Shown here: positions 53,709-64,000 of the stretch, piece by piece
How the letters are laid out: the number at the start of each line of letters is the position of its first letter
How positions within the stretch are numbered: position 1 is the first letter of the stretch
Assembly: GCA_043814035.1 (NCBI GenBank)
Contig: JBDRKJ010000007.1
Span: 128,100 to 192,099, forward strand
Reading direction: 5' to 3'
Length of the DNA: 64,000 nt
From: Candidatus Peregrinibacteria bacterium
GTDB lineage: Bacteria; Patescibacteriota; Gracilibacteria; Peribacterales; Peribacteraceae
Program-made: the position numbers and the translations under genes
Notes under the pieces: generated by a model
Told to the model about the DNA's origin: nothing
Seen by the model: the letters and a program-made list of their open reading frames with translations, nothing else
The model's database searches: none

Positions 53709-55109
53709 ATGTCCGCACCCTCAGAAAAACGGCAAGTCACCCTGTGCATCAACGGGATGACCTGTCACAGTTGCGAGCTCCTCCTGGAGCGGAAAATTAA
53801 ATCTGTTCCGGGAGTGACGCACGTCAACGTGCAGCATCGCAAGGGCGTTGCCAAAATCACGGCTTCGGCCGATACACTCCCTTCTTTCGAGCAACTCGAG
53901 TCTGTGATTCGTGAAGCGGGATACAAGGTCATCTCGGAGCAAGAGAACCTCACCATTCGCCAAGACCACAGCATTCAGCATGAACCCGAGCCTTCGCAGC
54001 AGAAGTGGTTCGAAATCGGTGGCGCGCTCATCATCATCTTCGCCATCTACAAGCTCCTAGGTGCATTCGATCTCATCTCCCTCGCACCTTCTACAGCCGG
54101 GACCCTCACCTTCGGCAGTACGCTCCTTATCGGCATCGTCGCCGGCATGAGCAGCTGTCTTGCCGTCACAGGAGGGCTTCTGCTCGCGATGGCCGCCAAG
54201 TACAACGAGATTCACGGCGGTTCCACGCCTGGGCAGCGGCTGAAGCCTCTTATGCAGTTCAATATTGGACGTCTCGCTTCGTACTTCATTCTCGGTGGAC
54301 TCGTAGGACTCCTCGGGCAATCCATCACACTCTCGACCCAGATGACGGGCTTCATGAGTATAGTTGTGGCACTGGTCATGCTCTACCTTGCCCTCACGAT
54401 TCTAAAAATCATTCCGAAGGGGAGCTTTCCGATTCAGCCACCCAAGGCTTTCACGCACTGGATCGCTAATCTTTCGGAGAATGACCATCCAGCAGCCCCC
54501 TTCGCCCTTGGGGCACTCACATTCTTCCTGCCCTGCGGTTTCACCCAGTCACTGCAGCTCGTCGCTCTCGCTTCCGGAAGTTTCTGGGCCGGTGGGCTCA
54601 CGATGTTCATATTCGCCCTCGGCACACTGCCCTCCCTCATCGGCATCAGCTATATCTCCGCCAATGCCAGAGGGGCTTCTTCGCGGCTCTTCCTGCGGTT
54701 TGCCGGAACACTGGTTCTCGTTCTCTCCGTCTTCAATCTCAACAACGGATTTACCCTCGTCGGCATCGACGTACCACAGACCATGGCAGCCGCATTCGGC
54801 TCGAAGAATACCGCAGGTGCCCTCCCATCCGCAGCCGCACAGAACGGCATGCAGGAAGTCTCCATGACCGTCACGGGTCGCGGCTATGAACCAAGCACTC
54901 TTACGATCCGCGCAGGGATTCCCGTACGCTTTCATGTCGATGGCACCGGAGCAGGAGGCTGCACGCGCGGCTTCGTGATCCCCTCGCTCGGTATTAGTAA
55001 AGTTCTCGCCTCAGGAGATAACGTCTTCGAATTCACTCCCCAGAAGCCCGGTCGCATCCCCTTCAGCTGTTCCATGGGCATGGTCCGCGGTTCTTTCACC
55101 GTCATTTGA
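53709..55109 (+). CDS. Fusion protein: HMA metal-binding domain, polytopic DsbD_2/TauE-like membrane domain and C-terminal cupredoxin-like domain
   Basis: N-terminal INGMTCHSCELLLERKI. The membrane core has GMSSCLAVTGG and FFLPCGFTQS. The C-terminus is MTVTGRGYEPSTLTIRAGIPVRFHVDG...CTRGFVIP...IPFSCSMGMVRGSFTV. Confidence 0.7.
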   Translation: MSAPSEKRQVTLCINGMTCHSCELLLERKIKSVPGVTHVNVQHRKGVAKITASADTLPSFEQLESVIREAGYKVISEQENLTIRQDHSIQHEPEPSQQKWFEIGGALIIIFAIYKLLGAFDLISLAPSTAGTLTFGSTLLIGIVAGMSSCLAVTGGLLLAMAAKYNEIHGGSTPGQRLKPLMQFNIGRLASYFILGGLVGLLGQSITLSTQMTGFMSIVVALVMLYLALTILKIIPKGSFPIQPPKAFTHWIANLSENDHPAAPFALGALTFFLPCGFTQSLQLVALASGSFWAGGLTMFIFALGTLPSLIGISYISANARGASSRLFLRFAGTLVLVLSVFNLNNGFTLVGIDVPQTMAAAFGSKNTAGALPSAAAQNGMQEVSMTVTGRGYEPSTLTIRAGIPVRFHVDGTGAGGCTRGFVIPSLGISKVLASGDNVFEFTPQKPGRIPFSCSMGMVRGSFTVI

Positions 55110-55149
55110 CAGTCCTACGCTCTTCACCCTATCCCCTACCCCCTTACTC

Positions 55150-55917
55150 ATGACCTCTCTTCAGTGGAAAGAGCCCCACGGCTCCAAGGCCCCACCAACG
55201 CAACGCACTCAGTCGAATTTCTGGTTCGGTGTCTCGATGGTGTTCATTGGCGTTATCGTCGGTTTCTCGGCAGGACGTTTCGCCGGTGGAGGACTCACCT
55301 TCGCTAACGCCGTTCCCGCTCCGGCGGCTCAAGCCCCGACGGCTCCCGCTCCAGCCCCTGCGCCGGATCCCGAGACTGCGATCAATGTCGTCCCTGTCGA
55401 CCTTGAAAAGGATCATATTCGTGGCAGTACGACGGCCGACATTGCCGTGATCGAGTACTCCGACTTCGAGTGTCCGTTCTGTCAGCGTGTGCATCCGACC
55501 ATGAAGCAGCTGCTCGAACAGAATACAGGCAAGATCATGTGGATCTTCCGCCACTATCCTCTGAGCTTTCATCCGAAGGCGGAACCAGCAGCAATCGCCT
55601 CTGAATGCGTGAATGAGCTGGGAGGCAACACGGCATTCTGGAAATTTACGGACGCCGTCTTCGATCAGCAGGCAACCTTTGATCCCGCCACTATCGCGAA
55701 ACAGATCGGTATTAATGCCGATGCTTTTGATCGCTGTGTCAGCAGTGGCAAGTATCAGTCGATCGTCCAGGAGCAGCTCTCACAGGGCTCCGCTTCGGGC
55801 ATCCAGGGCACTCCGGGCACCATCGTTCTGAATCTGAAGACGCAAGAGAACCGCATCGTCTCTGGCGCCCAACCTCTCGCAAACTTCCAAGCTGCAATCG
55901 ATGCACTCCTCCAATAA
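55150..55917 (+). CDS. Membrane-anchored DsbA-family thiol:disulfide oxidoreductase
   Basis: TM anchor, Ala/Pro linker, then the thioredoxin-fold active site EYSDFECPFCQR. Confidence 0.8.
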   Translation: MTSLQWKEPHGSKAPPTQRTQSNFWFGVSMVFIGVIVGFSAGRFAGGGLTFANAVPAPAAQAPTAPAPAPAPDPETAINVVPVDLEKDHIRGSTTADIAVIEYSDFECPFCQRVHPTMKQLLEQNTGKIMWIFRHYPLSFHPKAEPAAIASECVNELGGNTAFWKFTDAVFDQQATFDPATIAKQIGINADAFDRCVSSGKYQSIVQEQLSQGSASGIQGTPGTIVLNLKTQENRIVSGAQPLANFQAAIDALLQ

Positions 55918-55951
55918 TTCCTCTACCCCTCACTCTACCCCTAACCCTATT

Positions 55952-56176
55952 ATGCGTACTCTCGTCCAAATCCCCGGCATACACTGCCAGTTCTGCGCCG
56001 TCCTCATCAGGGACGTCAGTCAGGAATTTCCCTCCATACAGAACATCGACGTCAATGTGGACTTAAAAACAGTCGACCTGCGCCATGACGGCCATTTCGA
56101 TCTCACATCATGGACAGGAGCTGTCGAAGAACTGAATACCTCCTATACAGTCAAACCGCTTTCACAAACACTGTGA
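55952..56176 (+). CDS. Small HMA-like (CopZ-like) protein with a variant HCQFC motif
   Basis: VQIPGIHCQFCAVLIRDV sits at the position of the MxCxxC loop. About 74 aa from ATG 55952. Confidence 0.5.
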   Translation: MRTLVQIPGIHCQFCAVLIRDVSQEFPSIQNIDVNVDLKTVDLRHDGHFDLTSWTGAVEELNTSYTVKPLSQTL

Positions 56177-56224
56177 ATGAGATTCCCTCCCGCCCTGCCG
56201 CCGCGGAAACGGTGGGGCGGGATT

Positions 56225-56248
56225 TACCTACCCCCTAGGTTGTGGTAC
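56225..56248. promoter_or_regulatory. CsoR-type operator candidate 1 (upstream of csoR)
   Basis: TACCTACCCCCTAGGTTGTGGTAC. It shares the frame TACCTA..CCCTAGGT...GGTA with site 2. Confidence 0.45.
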
Positions 56249-56274
56249 CGTGTGGGCATCTTCCTCTCTCACCT

Positions 56275-56547
56275 ATGACCCCACAGAAGCAAAAAGCGCT
56301 CATCGGATACAAGAAAGCACAGAGCCTTCTCAAGAAAATCATCACAATGGTCGAAGAAGACCGATACTGCATCGATATCATGCAGCAGAACCTGGCTGCC
56401 ATCGGCCTGCTCAAGTCCGCGCACCAGCTCCTCTTTGAAGGGCACTTGAACAGCTGTTTCAAGAGTGCGCTTGATACGAACAGTCCTTCAAAAAAGCAGA
56501 AGATGATCGACGAGATCCTGACCGTGACAAAGATGGCGAATAAGTGA
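56275..56547 (+). CDS. csoR: CsoR/RcnR-family copper-sensing repressor
   Basis: LLKKIITMVEEDRYCIDIMQQ...AHQLLFEGHLNSC shows the C-H-C ligand pattern of CsoR. Confidence 0.8.
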   Translation: MTPQKQKALIGYKKAQSLLKKIITMVEEDRYCIDIMQQNLAAIGLLKSAHQLLFEGHLNSCFKSALDTNSPSKKQKMIDEILTVTKMANK

Positions 56548-56595
56548 GCAGGGTTGATTTGCACTGAATTTTTCTTCCTTGACGCCGAGTACCTA

Positions 56596-56619
56596 TACCT
56601 ATACCCTAGGTATGGGTAT
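56596..56619. promoter_or_regulatory. CsoR-type operator candidate 2 (overlapping the copA promoter)
   Basis: TACCTATACCCTAGGTATGGGTAT. The inverted arms ATACCTATACC / GGTATGGGTAT match 10 of 11 with a 3-nt spacer. TTGACG at 56579-56584 lies upstream. The site ends 22 nt before the copA ATG. Confidence 0.5.
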
Positions 56620-56640
56620 TAGCTTTTTCCCCACAGCAGT

Positions 56641-58998
56641 ATGTCCGATTCTCATGATCACACGACAAGCACTCCTGGCAACGGCAAGGTTTCACTGTCG
56701 CTCAAGGGAATGCATTGTGCTTCGTGCGCAGGCCTCATTGAGCGCTCATTGAAGAAGCTCCCTGGCATTCAAAGTGCCAATGTGAACTTTGCCGCAGAGA
56801 AAGCATCCGTACTCTTCGATCCAACCAAAACCTCAACGGAAAAATTGATTCATGCAGTGGAACAAGCCGGCTACCACGCCTCTATTGCCGTGGAGAACGA
56901 CCGCGATGCCGATCGAAAACGTCGTAAAGAAGATGTGCTCGCTGTTCGACGGAGTTTCATCGTGGCCTTTATTTTCAGCGCCCCGCTGCTCCTGCTCATG
57001 ATCGTTCCTTTCTTCCCGCAGAGTGCAGTGAGTGCGCTCCTCGGGCCGTGGATGGGCATCCTCTCGCTTATTTTCGCCACCCCCGTGCAATTCTGGCTGG
57101 GAGCAGGCTTCTATCGTGGTTTTTGGTCCAGCCTGAAGATGAAGACCTTCTCGATGGATAGCCTCATTGCCATCGGCACCTCCACCGCGTACTTCTTCAG
57201 CCTCTTCAACTTCATCATCGCATCATGGGGGCGCCGATCGCTCATCGGCGAGACACCCAACCTCTACTTCGAAGTAGCCGCACTCCTGATCACGTTCGTG
57301 TTGCTCGGTAAATGGCTCGAAGCGCGTGCCAAGGGCCAAACGAGCGAAGCGATTGAAAAACTGATGGGACTGCAGCCCAAAACCGCCCGCGTGCTGCGCG
57401 ACGGCAATGCGACAGATATCCCCATTGAAGAAGTGCAGGTCGGCGACACGATCGTCGTGCGCCCGGGCGAGAAGATTCCCGTGGACGGCATCGTGACCCG
57501 TGGCCTCTCGGCTGTAGACGAATCGATGCTGACCGGCGAGAGTATTCCCATCGAAAAAAAGGAGGGTGATCGTGTATTCGGCGCCACCGTAAACCAGCAC
57601 GGCTCCATCGAATTCACCGCAGACAAGATCGGTGCCGAAACCGCTCTCTCACGCATTATTCGCTTCGTCGAAGAAGCTCAGGGCAGCAAGGCACCTATTC
57701 AGAATCTGGCGGACTCCATTGCGCGCTGGTTCGTGCCTGCGGTTATTCTCACGGCGATTCTGACCTTCGTCGTGTGGATGCTCATCGGCCAGACCCTCAC
57801 CTTCGCACTGCTCGCCTTCGTCTCAGTGATCGTGATCGCCTGCCCCTGCGCACTCGGTCTCGCCACGCCAACGGCCCTCATGGTCTCGACTGGCCGCGGC
57901 GCTGAACTGGGCGTACTGATTCGCGGTGGTGAGCCGCTCGAAGCAGCCAACGCCATCGATACCGTCATCTTCGACAAGACCGGCACGCTCACCCACGGCA
58001 AGCCCGTGGTGACGGATATCCTGCCCACGGGATCACTCTCGACACAGGAATTACTCGGCATTGCAGCAAGCTTGGAGCAGGTCTCGGAGCACCCGTTGGC
58101 CGAGAGCATCGTGCGCAAGGCAAACGAAGATCAGGTGGAACTCTCATCTGTCGAACATTTTCGTGCAATCCCCGGACACGGAGTTGAGGGAATGATTGCG
58201 GGAACACTCACCTACCTCGGCAACCGCAAGCTGCTTGAACAAATACAGATTCCCACAGCACAGATCGAAGAACAGCTACGTGCACTGGAGGAACAAGGCA
58301 AGACCGCCATGATCCTCGCGCGAAAGGATGGCGTGCTCGGGCTTATCGCCGTCGCCGATACGCTTAAAGAAACTACGCCGCAGGCCATTGCCGCACTGAA
58401 ACACATGGGCCTCACGCCCGTAATGATCACGGGTGACAATACCCGCACGGCGCAAGCCATTGCCAAGCTCGCAGGCATTGAGCGCATTCTCGCCGACGTG
58501 CTGCCAGAGCAGAAAGCTGAGGAAGTGAAACGTCTGCAAGCTGAAGGAAAGCGCGTCGCCATGGTGGGTGACGGCATCAACGACAGTCCGGCCCTTGCGC
58601 AAGCCGATTTGGGAATCGCCATGGGCAGCGGCACTGACATCGCCATGGAAACCGGCGGCATCGTGCTGGTAAAGAACGACCTGCGCGACGTTGCAACGGC
58701 GATTCACTTAAGTCGCACAACCGTGAGCAAAATCAAGCAGAACCTCTTCTTCGCCTTGTTCTACAACGTTTTGGGCATTCCCATCGCTGCACGCGCCTTT
58801 GCCAGCTTCGGCATCATCCTGCGGCCGGAGCTTGCCGGATTCGCCATGGCCTTAAGCTCTGTCTCGGTTGTGATAAATTCACTCCTGCTCAAAGGATGGC
58901 AGCCGGGAAAGTTAAATCTGCTCTCACGGCTTGCCCCGATCATCATGGTGGCAGGATTTACCGGGCTCTTCCTCGTGTTTGCACGATTGAGTGCGTGA
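56641..58998 (+). CDS. copA: Copper-translocating P1B-type ATPase
   Basis: [19 protein letters not shown] ([12 protein letters not shown]), [17 protein letters not shown]. Confidence 0.95.
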   Translation: MSDSHDHTTSTPGNGKVSLSLKGMHCASCAGLIERSLKKLPGIQSANVNFAAEKASVLFDPTKTSTEKLIHAVEQAGYHASIAVENDRDADRKRRKEDVLAVRRSFIVAFIFSAPLLLLMIVPFFPQSAVSALLGPWMGILSLIFATPVQFWLGAGFYRGFWSSLKMKTFSMDSLIAIGTSTAYFFSLFNFIIASWGRRSLIGETPNLYFEVAALLITFVLLGKWLEARAKGQTSEAIEKLMGLQPKTARVLRDGNATDIPIEEVQVGDTIVVRPGEKIPVDGIVTRGLSAVDESMLTGESIPIEKKEGDRVFGATVNQHGSIEFTADKIGAETALSRIIRFVEEAQGSKAPIQNLADSIARWFVPAVILTAILTFVVWMLIGQTLTFALLAFVSVIVIACPCALGLATPTALMVSTGRGAELGVLIRGGEPLEAANAIDTVIFDKTGTLTHGKPVVTDILPTGSLSTQELLGIAASLEQVSEHPLAESIVRKANEDQVELSSVEHFRAIPGHGVEGMIAGTLTYLGNRKLLEQIQIPTAQIEEQLRALEEQGKTAMILARKDGVLGLIAVADTLKETTPQAIAALKHMGLTPVMITGDNTRTAQAIAKLAGIERILADVLPEQKAEEVKRLQAEGKRVAMVGDGINDSPALAQADLGIAMGSGTDIAMETGGIVLVKNDLRDVATAIHLSRTTVSKIKQNLFFALFYNVLGIPIAARAFASFGIILRPELAGFAMALSSVSVVINSLLLKGWQPGKLNLLSRLAPIIMVAGFTGLFLVFARLSA

Positions 58999-59044
58999 TC
59001 CGGCTTTTCCGCAGCAGGAAAAGGACATTCTATGAATAACTTTT

Positions 59045-59965
59045 TTGTTCAATCCATTGAGTTGCGACGTACATTCCTTAAGAATGCCTGCAACATTTTC
59101 CACAACAATCATGAATACTCCTGAACACGAACCCGAAGCCGCCGAACATGCTGAGCACCCTGACATGCGTACCATGCTGGACACTGAGCTACAGAATCCG
59201 TTCCACAAGGATCCTGTGGCTTTTCTTGATGGAAATCCCAACGTCGAGCAGAACGCATTTCGCGCTTCCGATACACGCATTCTGCGCACCGCAGGCTCCG
59301 GCATTCTCAAGGATCCCGACCAGTGGGCACAGCAACTGGCAGACTATGTGTGCGCTCTAGAACAGGAGAATGGAAACGGTACACAGATCGAAGTAGAACT
59401 GGAAGCGCATGACACCTGCGGCGCAGGCGGACTCAAACGCCCCGACGAGCAGAACACCGACGATCCGGCCCATGCAGATATCGAAGGTATCGCACAGAAA
59501 CTGCAGGCACTCGGCATCAACGCCACCTGCCCCAAGCAGCGATCACCCATGAACGGTCTTTCGGTGCATAACGCACTAGGCGTTACCATCGACATGACGC
59601 AGGGCAGCAGAATGCAGTGTCCTCCGTTCAACAGCTTTGCCTTGAGCTCGCCCGATGCGGATGCCTTCCCTGTTGAAGCGCTCACGGCCGGCCAGATCTC
59701 GAGCAAGCCCCTCGAGCAACACGGCCACGGCTACGGCAATCTGCTCAGCGAAACAGGAGTCCCGTACACCTACCTCGTATACGTCGATCCCAGCCAGCCA
59801 CAGAGTGCAGCACGCGTGCAGGCGATTCGCGAGAAGGTCGAAGAGCTGCACACGAAAGGCATCAACGTCCGCGTCATCGAGCGGCAGGCACCGAACGTCA
59901 CGCAAAAAGTGCCTGTCAAAAAAGTGGTCGTCCGCTGCATGGACGAACGCTGTAACGCAGCATAA
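59045..59965 (+). CDS. Hypothetical protein (about 285-306 aa, start uncertain)
   Basis: ORF with a TTG start and in-frame ATGs at 59084 and 59111. It is acidic and His-rich, and ends 5 nt from the convergent atpG stop. No family recognised. Confidence 0.4.
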   Translation: MFNPLSCDVHSLRMPATFSTTIMNTPEHEPEAAEHAEHPDMRTMLDTELQNPFHKDPVAFLDGNPNVEQNAFRASDTRILRTAGSGILKDPDQWAQQLADYVCALEQENGNGTQIEVELEAHDTCGAGGLKRPDEQNTDDPAHADIEGIAQKLQALGINATCPKQRSPMNGLSVHNALGVTIDMTQGSRMQCPPFNSFALSSPDADAFPVEALTAGQISSKPLEQHGHGYGNLLSETGVPYTYLVYVDPSQPQSAARVQAIREKVEELHTKGINVRVIERQAPNVTQKVPVKKVVVRCMDERCNAA

Positions 59966-59970
59966 GGACC

Positions 59971-60897
59971 CTACTGCAGGGCCGCCTTGGCCGCCGAGAG
60001 CTCTGCCAACTCCGCAGTGATGTTCGCCTGACGTGTCTGGTTGTAGACGATGGTGAGGTCGTCGAGGATCTCCGTGGCGTTATCGGAAGCAGCGCGCATC
60101 GCCACCATTCGTGCCGAGTGCTCTGAGGCACCGGCTTCGAGGATGGCCTGATACACCTGAATCTCGGTGAGTTGCGGCAAAATGGTCTCTAGGATTGCAT
60201 CGGCCGACGGCTCGAACACGTACTCCCCCACTCCCTCGGCATGCATCGCCATCTGCGTCTCTTTGCGGTACTTACGGGGCAGCAGGCTCTCGAGCATGGA
60301 TTTCAACTCTGTCTGTGAGAACGGCAGCAATACCTTCACCGTTGATTCCTGCACGAGCGCCGAGACGAAGTCGGGGTAGATGAGCGACACCGAATCGTAG
60401 GTACCCGCGAGAAAGCCCTCGGTGGCCATACGCACGATGGGCAGCACATCTTTGAATGTGGGATAGTTCGAGAAGGCCGGGAACGCGGCAATGACCTTCT
60501 GGTCTAGACGCGGCAGATACTGCTGACCCTTGCGCCCCACGGCAATGAACTCGACGGATTCGAAATTCGGGAGCTTTTTTAAGCCCTGAATATACTGTGT
60601 AGTCGTTCGCAGTAGTTGAGCGTTGAGGTTGCCGCACATGCCACGATCAGGCGTGAAGAGGATCGCAAGGATTTTTTTGGGTTCACGCTTCTGCAGGTAG
60701 GGATGGAGCTCCGGATGCACATCGGCAAGCTTCTGCAGGACCTGCCATGCAAGGAACGCGTAATGCCGCAGCTTCTGCGCATTCGAAACGGCACGGCGCA
60801 TCTTCGAGGCTGCAACGAGTTCCATGGCCTTGGTCACCTGATGGGTGGCCTTGATGGCTTTCATTTTGCGCCGGAGATCGCGGAGACTTCTCGCCAT
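59971..60897 (-). CDS. atpG: F1 ATP synthase gamma subunit
   Basis: LRDLRRKMKAIKATHQVTKAMELVAASKMRRA ... QANITAELAELSAAKAAL. Confidence 0.92.
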   Translation of the reverse strand: MARSLRDLRRKMKAIKATHQVTKAMELVAASKMRRAVSNAQKLRHYAFLAWQVLQKLADVHPELHPYLQKREPKKILAILFTPDRGMCGNLNAQLLRTTTQYIQGLKKLPNFESVEFIAVGRKGQQYLPRLDQKVIAAFPAFSNYPTFKDVLPIVRMATEGFLAGTYDSVSLIYPDFVSALVQESTVKVLLPFSQTELKSMLESLLPRKYRKETQMAMHAEGVGEYVFEPSADAILETILPQLTEIQVYQAILEAGASEHSARMVAMRAASDNATEILDDLTIVYNQTRQANITAELAELSAAKAALQ

Positions 60898-60914
60898 GGG
60901 AGCAAATCAGAATA

Positions 60915-62444
60915 TTACGAAGCCTTCATGATAAATCCTCCTTCCTGTTTGAATGTCATGAGCAGGCGTTTGAGCGTCTCTTCGGTCTCGGGCTTGATTT
61001 CGGCCGTGAGCTCTTTGAGCACCTGCGGGTGCTTGTTCTGTAAGAATGCCACGAACTCGCTCTCAAAGCGGCGAATCTGATCGACCGGCACATCATCCAA
61101 AAGACTGTTCACACCGGCGTACAACATAGCCACCTGCTCCGCCACTGCCACCGGCACGTACTGATCCTGCTTGAGGAGTTCGGTGAGCCTCACACCACGA
61201 TCGAGCTGCTTCTTGGTATCGGCATCGAGATCGGATCCGAACTGGGCAAACACCGCAAGCTCGCGGTACTGAGCAAGGTCGATACGGAGTCGGCCTGCCA
61301 CTTTCTTCATGGATTTTCGCTGCGCGGCGGATCCCACACGCGAGACAGAGAGACCGATGTTCAACGCCGGACGAACGCCTTTGTAGAAGAGATCGGATTC
61401 GAGGAAGATCTGGCCGTCGGTGATGGAGATAACGTTCGTGGGAATGTACGCCGAGATATCACCGGCCTGTGTTTCGATGATCGGCAGAGCCGTGAGACTA
61501 CCGCCTCCCTGCTTGTCATCCAGGCAACAGGCGCGCTCCAGTAGACGGGAGTGGAGGTAGAACACGTCGCCCGGATACGCCTCGCGTCCCGGAGGACGAC
61601 GCAGCAGCAGCGACACCTGACGGTACGCCCACGCATGCTTACTCAGGTCATCGTAGATGCACAGCACATCCTTGCCCTGATCGAGGAAGTACTCACCCAT
61701 GGCACACCCGGCAAAGGGGGCGATGTACGAGAGCGACGCAGGTTCCGAGGCACCGGCCGACACGACGATGGTATAGTCCATGGCTCCGTGCTTCTCGAGT
61801 TCTTTGACAATCTTGGCGACTTTCGACTCTTTCTGACCGATAGCCACGTAAATGCAGATGACGGGCCGGTCGCTCTTCTGCGTCTCTTTCTGATTGATAA
61901 TGGTATCAATGGCCACGGCAGTCTTACCCGTCTGACGATCGCCGATGATGAGCTCGCGCTGGCCGCGTCCGATAGGAATGAGGGCATCGATCGCCTTGAT
62001 ACCGGTCTGCAGCGGCATTGTAACCGATTTGCGCTCGATGACACGCGGGGCGATTTTCTCGATCGGGTAGCGCTGCTTTGACTGTATAGCGGAACCACCG
62101 TCTTTAGCATTGCCCAGCGGATCCACCACACGTCCGATAAGCGCTTCACCAACGGGGACAGAGAGAATCTGACCCGTCGCCTTGGCGGTGTCGCCCTCTT
62201 TGATCTTGCTGTCATCACCGAGCACGATCACGCCCACGTGATCCTCCTCGAGGTTGAACGCCACACCCATGATCCCATTGCCGAAATCAACCATTTCTGC
62301 GGATCCGACCTTCGAGAGACCCGACACCGTAGCGATGCCGTCACCGACCGAGAGGACCGTACCGACGTGCTCGTGCTTCACATCCTTGCGATAGGACGCA
62401 ATACGTTCTTCGAGTGTTTTGAGGAGAGTCTGACTGACGGACAT
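60915..62444 (-). CDS. atpA: F1 ATP synthase alpha subunit
   Basis: [28 protein letters not shown], and full-length conservation. Confidence 0.97.
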   Translation of the reverse strand: MSVSQTLLKTLEERIASYRKDVKHEHVGTVLSVGDGIATVSGLSKVGSAEMVDFGNGIMGVAFNLEEDHVGVIVLGDDSKIKEGDTAKATGQILSVPVGEALIGRVVDPLGNAKDGGSAIQSKQRYPIEKIAPRVIERKSVTMPLQTGIKAIDALIPIGRGQRELIIGDRQTGKTAVAIDTIINQKETQKSDRPVICIYVAIGQKESKVAKIVKELEKHGAMDYTIVVSAGASEPASLSYIAPFAGCAMGEYFLDQGKDVLCIYDDLSKHAWAYRQVSLLLRRPPGREAYPGDVFYLHSRLLERACCLDDKQGGGSLTALPIIETQAGDISAYIPTNVISITDGQIFLESDLFYKGVRPALNIGLSVSRVGSAAQRKSMKKVAGRLRIDLAQYRELAVFAQFGSDLDADTKKQLDRGVRLTELLKQDQYVPVAVAEQVAMLYAGVNSLLDDVPVDQIRRFESEFVAFLQNKHPQVLKELTAEIKPETEETLKRLLMTFKQEGGFIMKAS

Positions 62445-62469
62445 TGTATGAGGGGGGAGGACGGAGAAA

Positions 62470-62883
62470 TTAAGAAATAGGAATAGGCTTGGTTAGGCGA
62501 GCAGCGGCATCAGCCAGAGCTCCGCGAAGTGTAGCATCGTAACGCTCGTCACCGATCTGCAGCAATACACCGCCGAGCACAGAAGCATCGGTCTGTTCCT
62601 CAATGTGGCACGAGCGCTTGAGCGTCTGCTCCACAATGTGTGCGACGTCTTTCTTGAGCGTTCCTGCATGGCCGGACATCGTGGTGATGCGTATTTGCAC
62701 TTCTCCTGTGCTGCGGAACCACTCGCGCTCGACTAAGCGGGGGAACGTTTGTGCCGCTTTCAGCAAACCCTGCTGCAACAGCAAGTGTGCCGCCGCCTCT
62801 GCCAGTGCGGGGATCTCGTCTTGCGGGAGCGTCTTGGCGACGTCCACAAAGGCCCGAGCAAGGGAAACAGGCGTCATCTTCAT
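62470..62883 (-). CDS. atpH: ATP synthase delta (OSCP) subunit, short form (137 aa)
   Basis: Position between atpF and atpA, and the C-terminal pattern [22 protein letters not shown]. The N-terminal domain looks shortened. Confidence 0.7.
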   Translation of the reverse strand: MKMTPVSLARAFVDVAKTLPQDEIPALAEAAAHLLLQQGLLKAAQTFPRLVEREWFRSTGEVQIRITTMSGHAGTLKKDVAHIVEQTLKRSCHIEEQTDASVLGGVLLQIGDERYDATLRGALADAAARLTKPIPIS

Positions 62884-63386
62884 TGAATAGTCTTGGGAAG
62901 ATCAGCGATAAGCTGCTCCTGAATGCGCTTCTGGTCAGTGGGAGTGAATTCGCGTTCGAGTAGCTTCTCGGTCATGCGGATAACCACACTGTTCACCGTC
63001 TTCATGACATCTTCCATCATGATCCGGCGCTCTTCGTCGATGCGCTTGAGTGCGCCCTGAAGCGTGGCCTCTGCCTCTTTCTTGGCATTGGCGAGCAACT
63101 CTTCGTGCAGCGCCTGTGCCTCTTTACGAATACGCTCAAAGTGCTTACCGCTCTCCTGATCGAGACGCTTCATCTCTGCTTCACGCAGTTTGGCGAGCTC
63201 CTGCGCATGTTGCTCAATACGCTTGGCATCTTCCATCGACTTGCGAATTCGTTCCGCACGAGTGTCGAGGAGGTTTAAGATCGGTCGATACAGAAAGAAC
63301 CCGAGCACTCCCATGACGATGAGGAAGTTCACTACCTGTGCAATCAGGAGCCCCCAGTTAATGCCGAGTTTGGCGAGCAATTCCAT
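62880..63386 (-). CDS. atpF: Fo ATP synthase b subunit
   Basis: N-terminal TM (LLIAQVVNFLIVMGVLGFFLY), then a long charged helix. 4-nt overlap with atpH. Confidence 0.8.
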   Translation of the reverse strand: MELLAKLGINWGLLIAQVVNFLIVMGVLGFFLYRPILNLLDTRAERIRKSMEDAKRIEQHAQELAKLREAEMKRLDQESGKHFERIRKEAQALHEELLANAKKEAEATLQGALKRIDEERRIMMEDVMKTVNSVVIRMTEKLLEREFTPTDQKRIQEQLIADLPKTIQ

Positions 63387-63505
63387 GAACGTGAAGGGAA
63401 AAGAAAGTCGATGGCCAACGGCAGGCGATCAGCTGCTATTGCTGTTCACTGATCGCTCAACGCTGACCCGCCCGGCCGTTGGCCGGTACGGACGGGCCAC
63501 CCCGA

Positions 63506-63790
<285 letters not shown>

Positions 63791-63936
63791 TTAAAGCGCG
63801 CGGATTGTAGGGATGCCAGAAGAGACAATCAAGGGTCTTAGCGTGCGCTTTTCGAGAATTTGACAGAAACTGTTTTCGTAGAAAAACCATCTCCTCGAGG
63901 CGATCGTGCATACAGGTACGTGTGCCTTCGAACACA

Positions 63937-64000
63937 TCATGCATGTGCCACCTCACCTGCCTGTCCATGATCGTGCCCACCATGCGCTGTGACAGCCATT
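63937..64000 (-). CDS. atpB: Possible 3' end of the Fo a subunit gene (partial, runs off the window)
   Basis: The minus-strand frame from 63999 reads ...AVTAHGGHDHGQAGEVAHA-stop (TGA at 63939-63937). Position upstream of atpE and a His-rich tail are compatible with an a-subunit C-terminus. There is too little sequence to be sure. Confidence 0.3.
   Translation of the reverse strand, partial: MAVTAHGGHDHGQAGEVAHA

Noticed and set aside
59918-59965. The C-terminal VVVRCMDERCNAA of the orphan ORF resembles the beta-carbonic anhydrase C-x-D-x-R motif.
   Set aside because: The motif sits 10 residues from the stop, with none of the downstream HxxC region. It is probably coincidental.

Overview
Gene-dense bacterial chromosome segment, roughly 55-60% GC by eye, standard genetic code (conserved genes have no in-frame stops). 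Housekeeping genes are scattered in short, fragmented operons: rny, tuf-rpsJ, rnc, nusB, gmk, pheS, pyrE, rsmG, rlmE, ftsE-like, purE, purM, a leuA-like gene and atpB'EFHAG. There is a glycogen phosphorylase / phosphoglucomutase pair, two tRNAs, and a 6-kb copper homeostasis cluster (CsoR, CopA, HMA proteins, DsbA-like).

These are interleaved with large orphan envelope genes:
- A three-gene operon: a 3xLTD+PKD surface protein, then an 1868-aa giant protein with no recognisable family, then a membrane protein.
- Two adjacent giant Cys-rich mosaic surface proteins (1752 and 1138 aa) built from shared shuffled modules.
- Two tandem membrane proteins, each made of three VirB2/T4SS-pilin-like helical hairpins.

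This content, the small-genome style and the lack of Shine-Dalgarno sequences would fit a CPR/Patescibacteria-like or similar uncultivated lineage. That is inference only.

The most interesting signals:
- The envelope gene sets listed above.
- A ~0.5-kb gene-free, highly structured region with its own promoter-like and terminator-like signals (candidate large ncRNA, 33.4-33.9 kb).
- A window-wide translation-initiation pattern. Many genes have a -10 hexamer 6-9 nt before the ATG (leaderless). Most others have pyrimidine-rich CCUCC-like leaders instead of GGAGG.
- Two DNA glycosylases that have lost their Fe-S cluster cysteines.
- A tRNA-Ala 3'-end duplication embedded in a family of nested hairpin repeats.

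No CRISPR array, transposase, integrase, rRNA or recognisable defence system was seen. All calls come from reading the sequence and translations by eye. Domain names are recollections of family signatures, not search results.
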